From: a virus
Lineage: Duplodnaviria > Caudoviricetes
Strand: one strand, 5' to 3'
DNA: 30,637 nucleotides
Virus record (IMG/VR): IMGVR_UViG_3300038316_000276
Location: 1-30,637 of that record
The notes beneath the pieces are model-generated. The model saw only the letters and a list, made by a program, of their open reading frames with translations, ran no database searches and was not told where the DNA came from. Positions within the stretch are counted from its first letter, which is position 1. Each line of letters starts with the position of its first letter. Below, in pieces: positions 1 to 7,416 of the stretch. A program made the translations under genes and the position numbers.

Positions 1-31
1 TCCAAGGAGAAGGCGATGGTTAAAGAAAAAG

Positions 32-76
32 TGGGCGCTAGAGGACTCGAACCTCCGAACCTCACGGATGTGAACC
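32..76. repeat. att core, left copy (displaced 3' part of tRNA-Val)
   Basis: TGGGCGCTAGAGGACTCGAACCTCCGAACCTCACGGATGTGAACC, identical to 30535-30579. Identity ends just past the anticodon loop. Confidence 0.96.
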
Positions 77-97
77 CAAAGCGCGTTTTTATAGGGA

Positions 98-110
98 TGA
101 GATAGCAAGG
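98..110 (+). repeat. att-flanking 13-bp motif (inverted copy at 30491-30503)
   Basis: TGAGATAGCAAGG is the exact reverse complement of CCTTGCTATCTCA at 30491-30503. Confidence 0.6.
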
Positions 111-194
111 CTCGTTTTTTGAGCTTACCGTGCTGGTTGAACCTTCCTTCATCCGTGATGCCCTAAAAGCGCACCAGTATCTATGTTTACTATG

Positions 195-1079
195 TCAAAG
201 TGCAGTTGCATCTTCGAGCAATGTAAAGAAGTCATCTTCTGACAGAATTTCAATAGTTCCACCCTCGTCAATCAATTTTTGGGCCATCCTCTGTTTCGAG
301 GTCAGCTTTTGTTCCCGAATATGTGTATAAGGTGGAATACCGACAACCAGGTAGTCGGTCTCCGCAATCACACGATCCCAGACCTTGAGACCAGCAGCAG
401 CAGCCATTTCTGCACAATCTTTTCGAGGTTGGCTGAGGGTCCCGGTGAATACCACAGTCTTGCCTGACAATGGCATGTTTTCAGCGCCTTCCTTGCGGAT
501 ACGCTCAGGGTATCTTTCAGAAATACGGCGTTTCTTCAGGCGGTCAACCCAGTCAAGTATCTGGGTGCCACTTTCTTCCATGAGTATAACAACCAGCTTT
601 CCGGCCATTTCTGCATCAAGGACGGCGTCATGATGTCCATCAGTGCAAATGCCATAATGGAGGCAGGCATTTTCCAACCCGTAGCCTGAAGTAAGGAATG
701 CAGAATTAGCTCTGCGTAGGATCCTGGCGGAATCGAGGGTTAGTGTCAGCGGATTATCCATATCGTGAACAATACAGGCTTTTTGAATTGCCGAGCGATC
801 ATAATGGGTATGGTGGACGACCGGTTTGTCCTGAATGTAAACTGCAAGCATCTGAATCGCTTGGGGGACCAGGGGAGCATCTTTGACAGTTATTTCGTTG
901 ATGCCGTGAAGCCAGGTGTTTGAGAAATGCGTTTGAGGATTAACATAGGTGCCCCACTTACCGACAACCTTCCCCTGGTTGAAGGCAACGATCCCAATCT
1001 GGCAAATGCTAGCATAGTCTTCATTGGCCGTCTCAACATCGAGGGCGATGAAGTCAATTTCTTTCGGCCAGTCTTGCAT
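195..1079 (-). CDS. DEDDh (DnaQ-like) 3'-5' exonuclease with C-terminal BRCT domain
   Basis: ExoI ALDVET, ExoII HH..YD, ExoIII HHDAVLDA. C-terminal LSGKTVVFTGTL...TDYLVVG...ILSEDDF is a BRCT pattern. Confidence 0.9.
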   Translation of the reverse strand: MQDWPKEIDFIALDVETANEDYASICQIGIVAFNQGKVVGKWGTYVNPQTHFSNTWLHGINEITVKDAPLVPQAIQMLAVYIQDKPVVHHTHYDRSAIQKACIVHDMDNPLTLTLDSARILRRANSAFLTSGYGLENACLHYGICTDGHHDAVLDAEMAGKLVVILMEESGTQILDWVDRLKKRRISERYPERIRKEGAENMPLSGKTVVFTGTLSQPRKDCAEMAAAAGLKVWDRVIAETDYLVVGIPPYTHIREQKLTSKQRMAQKLIDEGGTIEILSEDDFFTLLEDATAL

Positions 1080-1675
1080 TACAACCTCCGGCGGATTTCG
1101 ATGACCTTTCCGATGATGGTAACGGGAAGGGTGGCGACCTGGTCGGAATCGAAGAAGACCGGGTCGTAGGCGGGGTTGCTGGGGATGAGCATGAGCCCCT
1201 TGTTGGTTAGTTTGACACGTTTGAGGGTGACGTCTTCACCATTGACACGGATCACAGCGATGTCACCATTTTCAATAAACTCCTGTTTTTCAATGATGAC
1301 AATGTCCCCGGAGCGCAGATCTGGCTCCATACTGTCACCCTGGACACGGAGAGCAAAGAGCTCGCCATGTTTGACGAAGCGGGGGTAGATATCGATGTAC
1401 TCTTCGACATCTTCAATGGCTTCGATCGGGACGCCGGCTGGGACGGATCCGAGAAGGGGGACAACTCTGTTACTTGTTTGGTTTCCGTGATCTCTTCCCA
1501 ATAAGTAATCAACCGATACATCAAAATAGTTGGCAAGTTTTCGCAGGTTATCAGATCCAGGGTTGCGCTCGCCCCGTTCATAATAACCATACGCTTGAGA
1601 TGTAATCCCAAGATAGTCCGCGACTTGTTTTTGACTAAGATTTCGTTGCTCTCTTACCATCCGTAAACGTTCCAT
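1079..1675 (-). CDS. CI-like repressor (XRE HTH plus S24 autopeptidase)
   Basis: N-terminal HTH LSQKQVADYLGITSQAYGYYERG, AG cleavage site (VPAGVP), GDSM catalytic Ser and TLKR catalytic Lys. Divergent from a cro-like gene. Confidence 0.93.
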   Translation of the reverse strand: MERLRMVREQRNLSQKQVADYLGITSQAYGYYERGERNPGSDNLRKLANYFDVSVDYLLGRDHGNQTSNRVVPLLGSVPAGVPIEAIEDVEEYIDIYPRFVKHGELFALRVQGDSMEPDLRSGDIVIIEKQEFIENGDIAVIRVNGEDVTLKRVKLTNKGLMLIPSNPAYDPVFFDSDQVATLPVTIIGKVIEIRRRL

Positions 1676-1698
1676 CGGGTCCTCTCTTTATAGTCTAA

Positions 1699-1818
1699 TG
1701 TAACAAACCGTTACAGACAATATATTAATCTATAAAAAAACTATTTGTTACACCAGTTTCGATTTTCACCTTGACAATGTAACATTCTGTTGTTATCCTT
1801 ATGTAACTTAGAGTTTCA
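1699..1818. promoter_or_regulatory. Immunity region: four operator-like sites of consensus TGTAAC-N5-GTTACA
   Basis: 1699-1715 TGTAACaaaccGTTACA (perfect); 1736-1752 aaaAACtatttGTTACA; 1778-1794 TGTAACattctGTTgtt; 1802-1818 TGTAACttagaGTTtCA. Confidence 0.8.
1771..1799 (+). promoter_or_regulatory. Rightward lytic promoter (PR-like)
   Basis: TTGACA-17 bp-TATCCT with extended TG. Overlapped by an operator and followed by an AAGGAG RBS for cro. Confidence 0.75.
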
Positions 1819-1827
1819 AGGAGTAGC

Positions 1828-2040
1828 ATGACCAAAAGTAGTTGGCTCAAAGAGATCAGAGAAGAGAAATCCCTAACACAAGAACAAGTTGCTTCGCAAG
1901 CTGAAATCGAGCGGGCATATTACACAATGATCGAGACCGGTATCAGGCGCCCTTCCCCGGAAGTGGCCATGCGGCTTGGAAAAGCACTCGATTTTGACTG
2001 GACCCGATTTTACGAACCTGAAAAACAAACCGAAGAGTAG
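1828..2040 (+). CDS. Cro-like XRE HTH regulator
   Basis: LKEIREEKSLTQEQVASQAEIERAYYTMIETGIRRPS HTH; divergent from CI. Confidence 0.9.
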   Translation: MTKSSWLKEIREEKSLTQEQVASQAEIERAYYTMIETGIRRPSPEVAMRLGKALDFDWTRFYEPEKQTEE

Positions 2041-2059
2041 GCAAAAGGAGCCTGGTGAG

Positions 2060-2287
2060 ATGAACAAACGGAATGAGAAGTTCGAGTTCAAAGTAAAGCT
2101 GGCTGACACCTGGGAAGGTTCCCCGGTTTTATGCACCAAGAAGATCCGTGTTTCTCACGGAGCGCCTGAAGTGCATGCTTTCGCACAACAACTGTCCAAT
2201 ATGATCGGCAAAGAGGTGCGCTGGCAATTTGCCTGGGGAGCCAACGGACACTACGTCTTTCCTGAAAATGAACCCACCGAGCAGTAA
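2060..2287 (+). CDS. Hypothetical phage protein (75 aa)
   Basis: ORF in the early operon. Start moved to ATG 2060, after AAGGAG, to avoid overlap with cro. Confidence 0.6.
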   Translation: MNKRNEKFEFKVKLADTWEGSPVLCTKKIRVSHGAPEVHAFAQQLSNMIGKEVRWQFAWGANGHYVFPENEPTEQ

Positions 2288-2299
2288 GAAAGGATTGCC

Positions 2300-2440
2300 A
2301 TGCTGGAAGATATCCGAGATGTTTTAGTGCTCTCATTACCCCTTCTGGTTTTTATCGTGCCGATGGTCCTGCATGCTTTTTGGCAGGAAGAGATCCAACC
2401 CCGATTGAATAAAACCATAGCTGATCTCCATGTCAATTGA
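2300..2440 (+). CDS. Small membrane protein (46 aa, not in the ORF track)
   Basis: MLEDIRDVLVLSLPLLVFIVPMVLHAFWQEEIQPRLNKTIADLHVN. AAAGGA RBS, one hydrophobic helix, stop overlaps the next start. Confidence 0.55.
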   Translation: MLEDIRDVLVLSLPLLVFIVPMVLHAFWQEEIQPRLNKTIADLHVN

Positions 2441-3386
2441 CGAAAACAAGCGGATCGCCTGGAGGGATGCGGAGAAGCTGTGGTTGAGCCGGCAGAACAG
2501 CCGGCAAACAGCCCAGTCTTACGGATCCAGCCTGAGAGGGCTGCTCTTATTCTGCGGTAAGCCCGCCTGGGAGATCAGCCGGAAGGATATTGCCGCCTGG
2601 CTGGCTGACATGCACAAGGAAGGCAAAGCGGATTCGACCATTGCAACGCGGATCAGCGGAATCAAGAGCTTTTATAACTTCGTGATCCGGGAGTATGTGA
2701 GCATGGACATGGACGGTGAGGAATACCGGCTGCGAGAAGACAACCCGGCAAGCTCGTTCAAGGCTCCCAAGGTAGAACGATATGGCAAGGCGATCTGCTG
2801 GGATGAAGAGCAGGCTGGAGCATTTTTGCGGGCGATCGGCACTGACAACCTGCCAGGCTTGAGAAACAAGGCATTATTCACCGGGTACCTGCTGACGGGC
2901 CTGCGTAATTCAGAGCTGCGGATGCTGCGATATGAGGACCTGGAAGTTCTGCCCGGGGGAATCGTGATCATGCGATACCAGGGCAAAGGAAAACCCAACC
3001 AAACCAAAGAGATCTACCCGCCGGTGTATGAAGCGATCATGGCTTTTGCGGATGCAGAGCAAAAGTACACCGGGTTTGTTTTCCATCGTTATAGCCAGAT
3101 GGGTGATGTTATTGACCTGCCTATCTCAGACCAGACGGTCAGGGACAGCCTGAAGTATTACGCCAGGAAGGCCGGCTTGCGCACCAAAGATCTGAAGGTG
3201 CACAGCTTGCGGCATACGGCAGCGTACTTGCGGGCACAGGCAGGAGATGATGAAGACACGATAAGGAGGTTTTTGAAGCAAAACAACGTTGAAACTACCC
3301 GAATTTATTTACAGAAGATCATGCCAAATCCAGACAAGACCTGGATGACTGTCAGTGAAATGCTGGGCTTGTCAACTGAAAAGTAA
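2430..3386 (+). CDS. XerC/D-like tyrosine recombinase (second recombinase, in the early operon)
   Basis: SAM-like N-domain, TGLRNSEL, GKGK, HSLRHT and TTRIY. The usual LGH motif reads LKQ. Confidence 0.9.
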   Translation: MSIDENKRIAWRDAEKLWLSRQNSRQTAQSYGSSLRGLLLFCGKPAWEISRKDIAAWLADMHKEGKADSTIATRISGIKSFYNFVIREYVSMDMDGEEYRLREDNPASSFKAPKVERYGKAICWDEEQAGAFLRAIGTDNLPGLRNKALFTGYLLTGLRNSELRMLRYEDLEVLPGGIVIMRYQGKGKPNQTKEIYPPVYEAIMAFADAEQKYTGFVFHRYSQMGDVIDLPISDQTVRDSLKYYARKAGLRTKDLKVHSLRHTAAYLRAQAGDDEDTIRRFLKQNNVETTRIYLQKIMPNPDKTWMTVSEMLGLSTEK

Positions 3387-3422
3387 GAGTTGATCGCTGT
3401 CAGAAAAAGACCAAATAAGAGC

Positions 3423-3450
3423 ACTTGGGATAATACGCATTATCCCAAGC
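3423..3450. other. dif/res-like recombination site
   Basis: ACTTGGGATAA-TACGCA-TTATCCCAAGC has an 11-6-11 layout with an ATAA-N6-TTAT core, 37 bp after the recombinase stop. Confidence 0.65.
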
Positions 3451-3464
3451 AATGAGAGAAAAAC

Positions 3465-3740
3465 ATGGAAAAACCCTTTGCTTTAAGAGATATCCATTAT
3501 CAACTTTTAGGTTGTATAGAGACCTTTTTTCAATGGAACGGTTATTCTCCTTCCGTCCGTGAACTGGTGGAGATAATGGGCAGATCGAGCACATCCCATA
3601 TTCAGGGCCTTCTAAGTGATCTGGAGAGCAAAGGTTTGATCAGGCGGACGCCAGGCATCGCACGAAGCATAGTGCTTGAGCGTCTGCCTGAGGTAATTAA
3701 AAGACCTGGCCAACAGTCAGGAGCCGTCGGCCAGGGTTAA
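3465..3740 (+). CDS. Stand-alone LexA-type DNA-binding (winged HTH) domain protein
   Basis: GYSPSVRELVEIMGRSSTSHIQGLLSDLESKGLIRRTPGIARSI matches the LexA N-domain. No peptidase domain. Confidence 0.85.
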   Translation: MEKPFALRDIHYQLLGCIETFFQWNGYSPSVRELVEIMGRSSTSHIQGLLSDLESKGLIRRTPGIARSIVLERLPEVIKRPGQQSGAVGQG

Positions 3741-3776
3741 TGAAAGTTCCGATCAGGAACTCCCCTAATTATAGCA
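3695..3776 (-). ncRNA. Putative antisense sRNA unit (OOP-like) opposite the 3' end of the LexA-domain gene
   Basis: Minus-strand extended -10 TGCTATAAT (3768-3776), hairpin AGTTCC/GGAACT, then GC hairpin 3705-3735 followed by TCTTTT on the minus strand. Confidence 0.5.
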
Positions 3777-3785
3777 AAGGAAATC

Positions 3786-4160
3786 ATGGAAGAACAAAAG
3801 ATGTTGACTGATTTGGAAAATCATATTCTGGAGCAGCTGGAAAACCGCGGTTATGAATACCCGGTGAGCCGGGAAGACCTGGCAGGAAGACTACGCTGGC
3901 GCAAACTGATCCTGGGACGTGATGACCGGGCAATGCGAGGGGCGATTGAGAGCCTGCGGAAGAAGGGTCACCTGGTATGTCATCGCAAGGGTAAGGACGG
4001 AGGGTATTACCTGGCGCGGTCTAAAGAAGAATATGAAGATTTTCGGAGCCGGGAATACAAATCGAGGATCATCAGCCTGGCTGACACGCTGCGAGAAATG
4101 GACAAAAGCGCCGAAGTTCAGTTTGGTGAAGCAATTCAATTATATCTGTTCAGAATTTAG
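3786..4160 (+). CDS. Winged-helix DNA-binding phage protein
   Basis: VSREDLA...DRAMRGAIESLRKKG...GGYYLA pattern; AAAGGA RBS. Confidence 0.65.
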   Translation: MEEQKMLTDLENHILEQLENRGYEYPVSREDLAGRLRWRKLILGRDDRAMRGAIESLRKKGHLVCHRKGKDGGYYLARSKEEYEDFRSREYKSRIISLADTLREMDKSAEVQFGEAIQLYLFRI

Positions 4161-4167
4161 GAAAATC

Positions 4168-4956
4168 ATGGCAAGGCAAAACTTACCGCCACGATATGTA
4201 AACATCCCTGCTGGACCTGCCTATGATGAAGGATTGCCTGATGGCGTTTTTCGGACCTATGTGCAGCTGCGAGGGTTGGCATGGGGTAAGGACAGGCTGG
4301 ATGAGATAACTGTAAAAGAGATAGTGGAGGCGACCGGGAAGTCACGTTCCACCATTTATGGACACTTGGGAATATTGAGAGATCGGGGTTGGCTGCTGTT
4401 CAACGCTGCTCACTATTCCTGGCTGACCGTGGAGTTTTGCGGAAGTGGACCTGATGGGGAAAAAGACAATAAAGATCCTGCGGAAAACTTGTCCAGAAAT
4501 CTGGACTGCCTTAATGAGGAGGTTAAAGATTTTAATATCTTTAATCAAGATGTTAACCTACCTCCTCCTAATAATCTTGTTAATCCGCGCGAGGAATTTG
4601 TCCGAAAATCTGGACAAGCAGTCCAGAAATCTGGAAAAGAGCCGGGGAAAGACCGATCAAACGGCTGGCACGATGTGATCAAGCCGGACCTGGAACGAAA
4701 ACTGGAGAGAATGGGCGTTTTTGCACCCGTGTACCGCCAGGTGGCAGACGCAGTCCGATCCGGAGATTGGAGCGTTGAGCAAGTGCACCAGCTGGCAGAC
4801 CAGATTATCGGGATGGGGGATAGTGCTGGCCCAGGTGTGTTTGTGTTCCGGTTGAAAAACAGGATCCGGCCGGAAAATGAAACTAAAAAACGAGAAAAGT
4901 CGGTTGAGCGGTTCAGGAAGTTGTATGTGGAGCAGAAGCAGGAGGTAACGAAATGA
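4168..4956 (+). CDS. Putative replication initiator (N-terminal HTH, internal iterons)
   Basis: HTH ITVKEIVEATGKSRSTIYGHLGILRDRGWL and a central low-complexity region with repeated DNA motifs. Start placed at ATG 4168, after the upstream stop. Confidence 0.7.
   Translation: MARQNLPPRYVNIPAGPAYDEGLPDGVFRTYVQLRGLAWGKDRLDEITVKEIVEATGKSRSTIYGHLGILRDRGWLLFNAAHYSWLTVEFCGSGPDGEKDNKDPAENLSRNLDCLNEEVKDFNIFNQDVNLPPPNNLVNPREEFVRKSGQAVQKSGKEPGKDRSNGWHDVIKPDLERKLERMGVFAPVYRQVADAVRSGDWSVEQVHQLADQIIGMGDSAGPGVFVFRLKNRIRPENETKKREKSVERFRKLYVEQKQEVTK
4491..4636. repeat. Putative replication origin: three 16-bp palindromic iterons around an AT-rich tract
   Basis: GTCCAGAAATCTGGAC (4491-4506), GTCCGAAAATCTGGAC (4600-4615), GTCCAGAAATCTGGAA (4621-4636). 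The intervening AT-rich stretch has a TTAAAGAT/ATCTTTAA inverted repeat. Confidence 0.7.
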
Positions 4957-5165
4957 GTGACCAGGGAACCAAAATAATCAATTTTGCCCATGTTGCCCAG
5001 ATGGAACGCTTCACGCCAAACATCATCCGGGTGCAATTTTCGAGTGGTGACGTGAAGTGTTACCAGTTTGCAGAGGTTGAGAATGCGGATGAACTGATGG
5101 ATGCCTTTGATAACCATCTGGACAGAAATAAAGGGTATCGATTGCGAAAAGGAGCGTTTGCATGA
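4953..5165 (+). CDS. Hypothetical protein
   Basis: AGGAGG RBS and ATGA overlap coupling on both sides. Confidence 0.7.
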   Translation: MSDQGTKIINFAHVAQMERFTPNIIRVQFSSGDVKCYQFAEVENADELMDAFDNHLDRNKGYRLRKGAFA

Positions 5166-5377
5166 GCCAGGACTGGAAACTGCCCATCAATCACGATTAT
5201 GGCAGGAATTTGAGATGCCCGAAGTGTAATTACACCCTGGTGCTGAAGCAGGCGATAACAGGACCTTTTTACGGCTGCCCGCACTGCGCCTACACCTGCC
5301 CATCGAACAAACATGCCCGGGATGAATATTTTGCTAAACGAAAAAATGGAGACCAGGAGGTTGGAAATGGCGCGTAA
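5162..5377 (+). CDS. Zinc-ribbon protein (topoisomerase C4-type)
   Basis: CPKC...GPFYGCPHC motif; AAAGGAG RBS. Confidence 0.7.
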   Translation: MSQDWKLPINHDYGRNLRCPKCNYTLVLKQAITGPFYGCPHCAYTCPSNKHARDEYFAKRKNGDQEVGNGA

Positions 5378-5684
5378 GGAGGATGTGATCATCCGGGTGT
5401 TGGTTGAGAGTTCAGCTGAGATCGGGATCGTGAAAGGACTGCAGGCATTCGCAGGGAAGATGGCGCCGCTGATCATGAAGCTGGAACGGGAAGGCAAGCT
5501 GAACGAGTTCCAGATCGCCCTGGTGCTGGGTTGGGATGGGCCATTTATCTACGGCAACCGGATCAACCGTAAGCGCTTTGCAAAGATCATCCTGGACAAA
5601 CTGCAGCTGGCACTGATCGCAAACGAGAACCCTGGAAGCGCTCTGGCTAGGCACCAGCGAGAGAAGCAGATGCAGTTATGGTAG
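5367..5684 (+). CDS. Hypothetical protein
   Basis: AGGAGG RBS before ATG 5367; in operon. Confidence 0.65.
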   Translation: MARKEDVIIRVLVESSAEIGIVKGLQAFAGKMAPLIMKLEREGKLNEFQIALVLGWDGPFIYGNRINRKRFAKIILDKLQLALIANENPGSALARHQREKQMQLW

Positions 5685-5803
5685 CCCTGGCACTTGAAAC
5701 CATTGGAGCTGTGGTTATGGTCTGGTCGGTGTTATTTATCAGCGTAGAAATCGCTATCGCAATTTGGAAATTGAACAAGGAGAGTAATGAGCAGGAGAAT
5801 TGA
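5678..5803 (+). CDS. Small membrane protein (41 aa, not in the ORF track)
   Basis: MVALALETIGAVVMVWSVLFISVEIAIAIWKLNKESNEQEN fills the gap and overlaps both neighbours. Confidence 0.5.
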   Translation: MVALALETIGAVVMVWSVLFISVEIAIAIWKLNKESNEQEN

Positions 5804-6074
5804 AATAAACCGGAGTGAACCTTCTGAAGCGGAAAAAATATCGAAGTTGATCGATGATTTTTACGTGAAGAACAGCAAAAAGGATGGTGAAGCCTACCAA
5901 ACTGTATCTGAAGCGGATTGGAAGCTGGCATGGGCACTGCAAAGGCTGGCTGAAAGCCATGACAAGCTGACTGCAACTGTCGATGTCCTGGCTGGGGTGG
6001 TGAACAAGCTGGCTGGGGTGGTGAACAAGCTGGCTGGGATGGTCGACCAGGCGAGCAGAGAGGGGGAGCGATGA
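5787..6074 (+). CDS. Hypothetical coiled-coil protein
   Basis: AAGGAG RBS; heptad repeat LAGVVNK x2 plus LAGMVDQ. Confidence 0.7.
   Translation: MSRRIEINRSEPSEAEKISKLIDDFYVKNSKKDGEAYQTVSEADWKLAWALQRLAESHDKLTATVDVLAGVVNKLAGVVNKLAGMVDQASREGER
5988..6050 (+). repeat. 21-bp in-frame tandem repeat (two exact copies plus one degenerate)
   Basis: CTGGCTGGGGTGGTGAACAAG x2, then CTGGCTGGGATGGTCGACCAG. Confidence 0.9.
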
Positions 6075-6646
6075 TCATCGAGAAAAAGAGCACTAAGGCA
6101 AAAGTGCCACTGGAGAGCGCGGCGATCCTTGCGAGAAGGCTGAGAGACTGGCTGGAGCCGGCATGTGAGCGAATCGAGATCGCAGGATCCATCAGGCGGA
6201 GAGCGCCTGAAGTAAAAGATATCGAGCTGGTAGCGATCCCCAAACCAACCAGGGATCTCTTTGGGAACCGCAATCGGGACAGCCACACCATCATAGCCAA
6301 GGTTTATGACCTGGCTCAGAACGGTAACTTATTGCTCAGCCCTGAAGAGCCGCTTTTTACCAAGCGTGGGGACTGGTACGCCCAATTCAATTGTTTTGGG
6401 ATGAAAGTGGATCTGTTCATGACCACGCCAGAGAAATGGGGCTGCATCTACCTGATCAGGACCGGCTCTGCCGATTTTTCGAAGAGAATGATGACCAAGG
6501 TCTCAAGAGGCGGCGATTGCCCCGATCACTTGTACTTCAAAGATGGCCGGTTGTGGGAAGGGGAAAACGCCCTGGAAACGCCGGAGGAAGAGGATGTGTT
6601 CAGACTTTTGGGTGTGAATTGGCTCGAGCCGATTGAGAGGTTTTGA
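6071..6646 (+). CDS. Minimal family X DNA polymerase (palm plus thumb)
   Basis: IAGSIRR...KDIELV, KVDLF, RTGSADF and ETPEEEDVFRLLGVNWLEPIER motifs. Confidence 0.88.
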   Translation: MIIEKKSTKAKVPLESAAILARRLRDWLEPACERIEIAGSIRRRAPEVKDIELVAIPKPTRDLFGNRNRDSHTIIAKVYDLAQNGNLLLSPEEPLFTKRGDWYAQFNCFGMKVDLFMTTPEKWGCIYLIRTGSADFSKRMMTKVSRGGDCPDHLYFKDGRLWEGENALETPEEEDVFRLLGVNWLEPIERF

Positions 6647-6686
6647 TGCACGGTGAATGGATATTGAGGAGAAAAGAGGGTGAGCG

Positions 6687-6911
6687 ATGTTAGTTTATGG
6701 CAGTATTGGGCTTACTGAGATTGTGAAAACCGACAACGGTTGGACCCGCAACGTGGAATTCAACCGGGAGACAGTGGCCGTGATCACCGGCGGTGGGAGG
6801 GGTTTTCATGTCAGGATCAGGTGGAAGAAGTATTCGATGACCGGTGACGTGTTATTGCGCATTGCGGACCTGGTGAGCCAACTGGATAAGGAAACAGGAG
6901 AAAAACCATGA
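6687..6911 (+). CDS. Hypothetical protein
   Basis: GAGG RBS; ATGA overlap with the ASCH gene. Confidence 0.6.
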   Translation: MLVYGSIGLTEIVKTDNGWTRNVEFNRETVAVITGGGRGFHVRIRWKKYSMTGDVLLRIADLVSQLDKETGEKP

Positions 6912-7402
6912 AAGCAATCAGCATCAAACAGCCCTGGGCGTGGCTGATCGCCAATGGTTACAAGACTGTAGAAAACCGCAAGTGGTACACGGCTCATCGT
7001 GGTGACATCCTTATCCATGCCAGTAAGAACAAGGCAGACCTGGAGCGGGACATCGAAGCAGTGCAGCAGAGATTTGGGATTGGAATCGATGCGAACCAAC
7101 TGATTTTCGGCCAGGTGCTGGCTGTGGCTGATCTACTCGCCTGCACTACGGAGCCTAAGGAGCGGATCGACCAGCACTGGCATGACAAAGGGAAGTTCGC
7201 GTGGATCCTGCGGAAAATCCGACAAATCGAACCTTTTGAAGTGAGGGGCAGGCTGAACCTGTTCGAAGTATCATTTAGCTGGGATGAGTATCCTGAGCAA
7301 ATCAGGGAGCCGATCCCGATGGTGATGGATGCCCTGGGGTTGTTGGATTACACCTCAGTGGACATTGATATTCCAGCATACACACGCCGTGAGAAGTCCT
7401 AA
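6908..7402 (+). CDS. ASCH domain protein
   Basis: MKAISIKQPWAWLIANGYKTVENRKW...RGDILIHAS signature. Confidence 0.92.
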   Translation: MKAISIKQPWAWLIANGYKTVENRKWYTAHRGDILIHASKNKADLERDIEAVQQRFGIGIDANQLIFGQVLAVADLLACTTEPKERIDQHWHDKGKFAWILRKIRQIEPFEVRGRLNLFEVSFSWDEYPEQIREPIPMVMDALGLLDYTSVDIDIPAYTRREKS

Positions 7403-7416
7403 AGAAAAGGAATTTT

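Noticed and set aside
16-105. AAGGAG plus ATG opening a 29-codon ORF across the left att
   Set aside because: It is mostly the antisense of tRNA sequence and has no coding support.
3919-4167. N-terminal extension of the 345-aa ORF
   Set aside because: It overlaps the 3786-4160 gene; ATG 4168 is the more plausible start.
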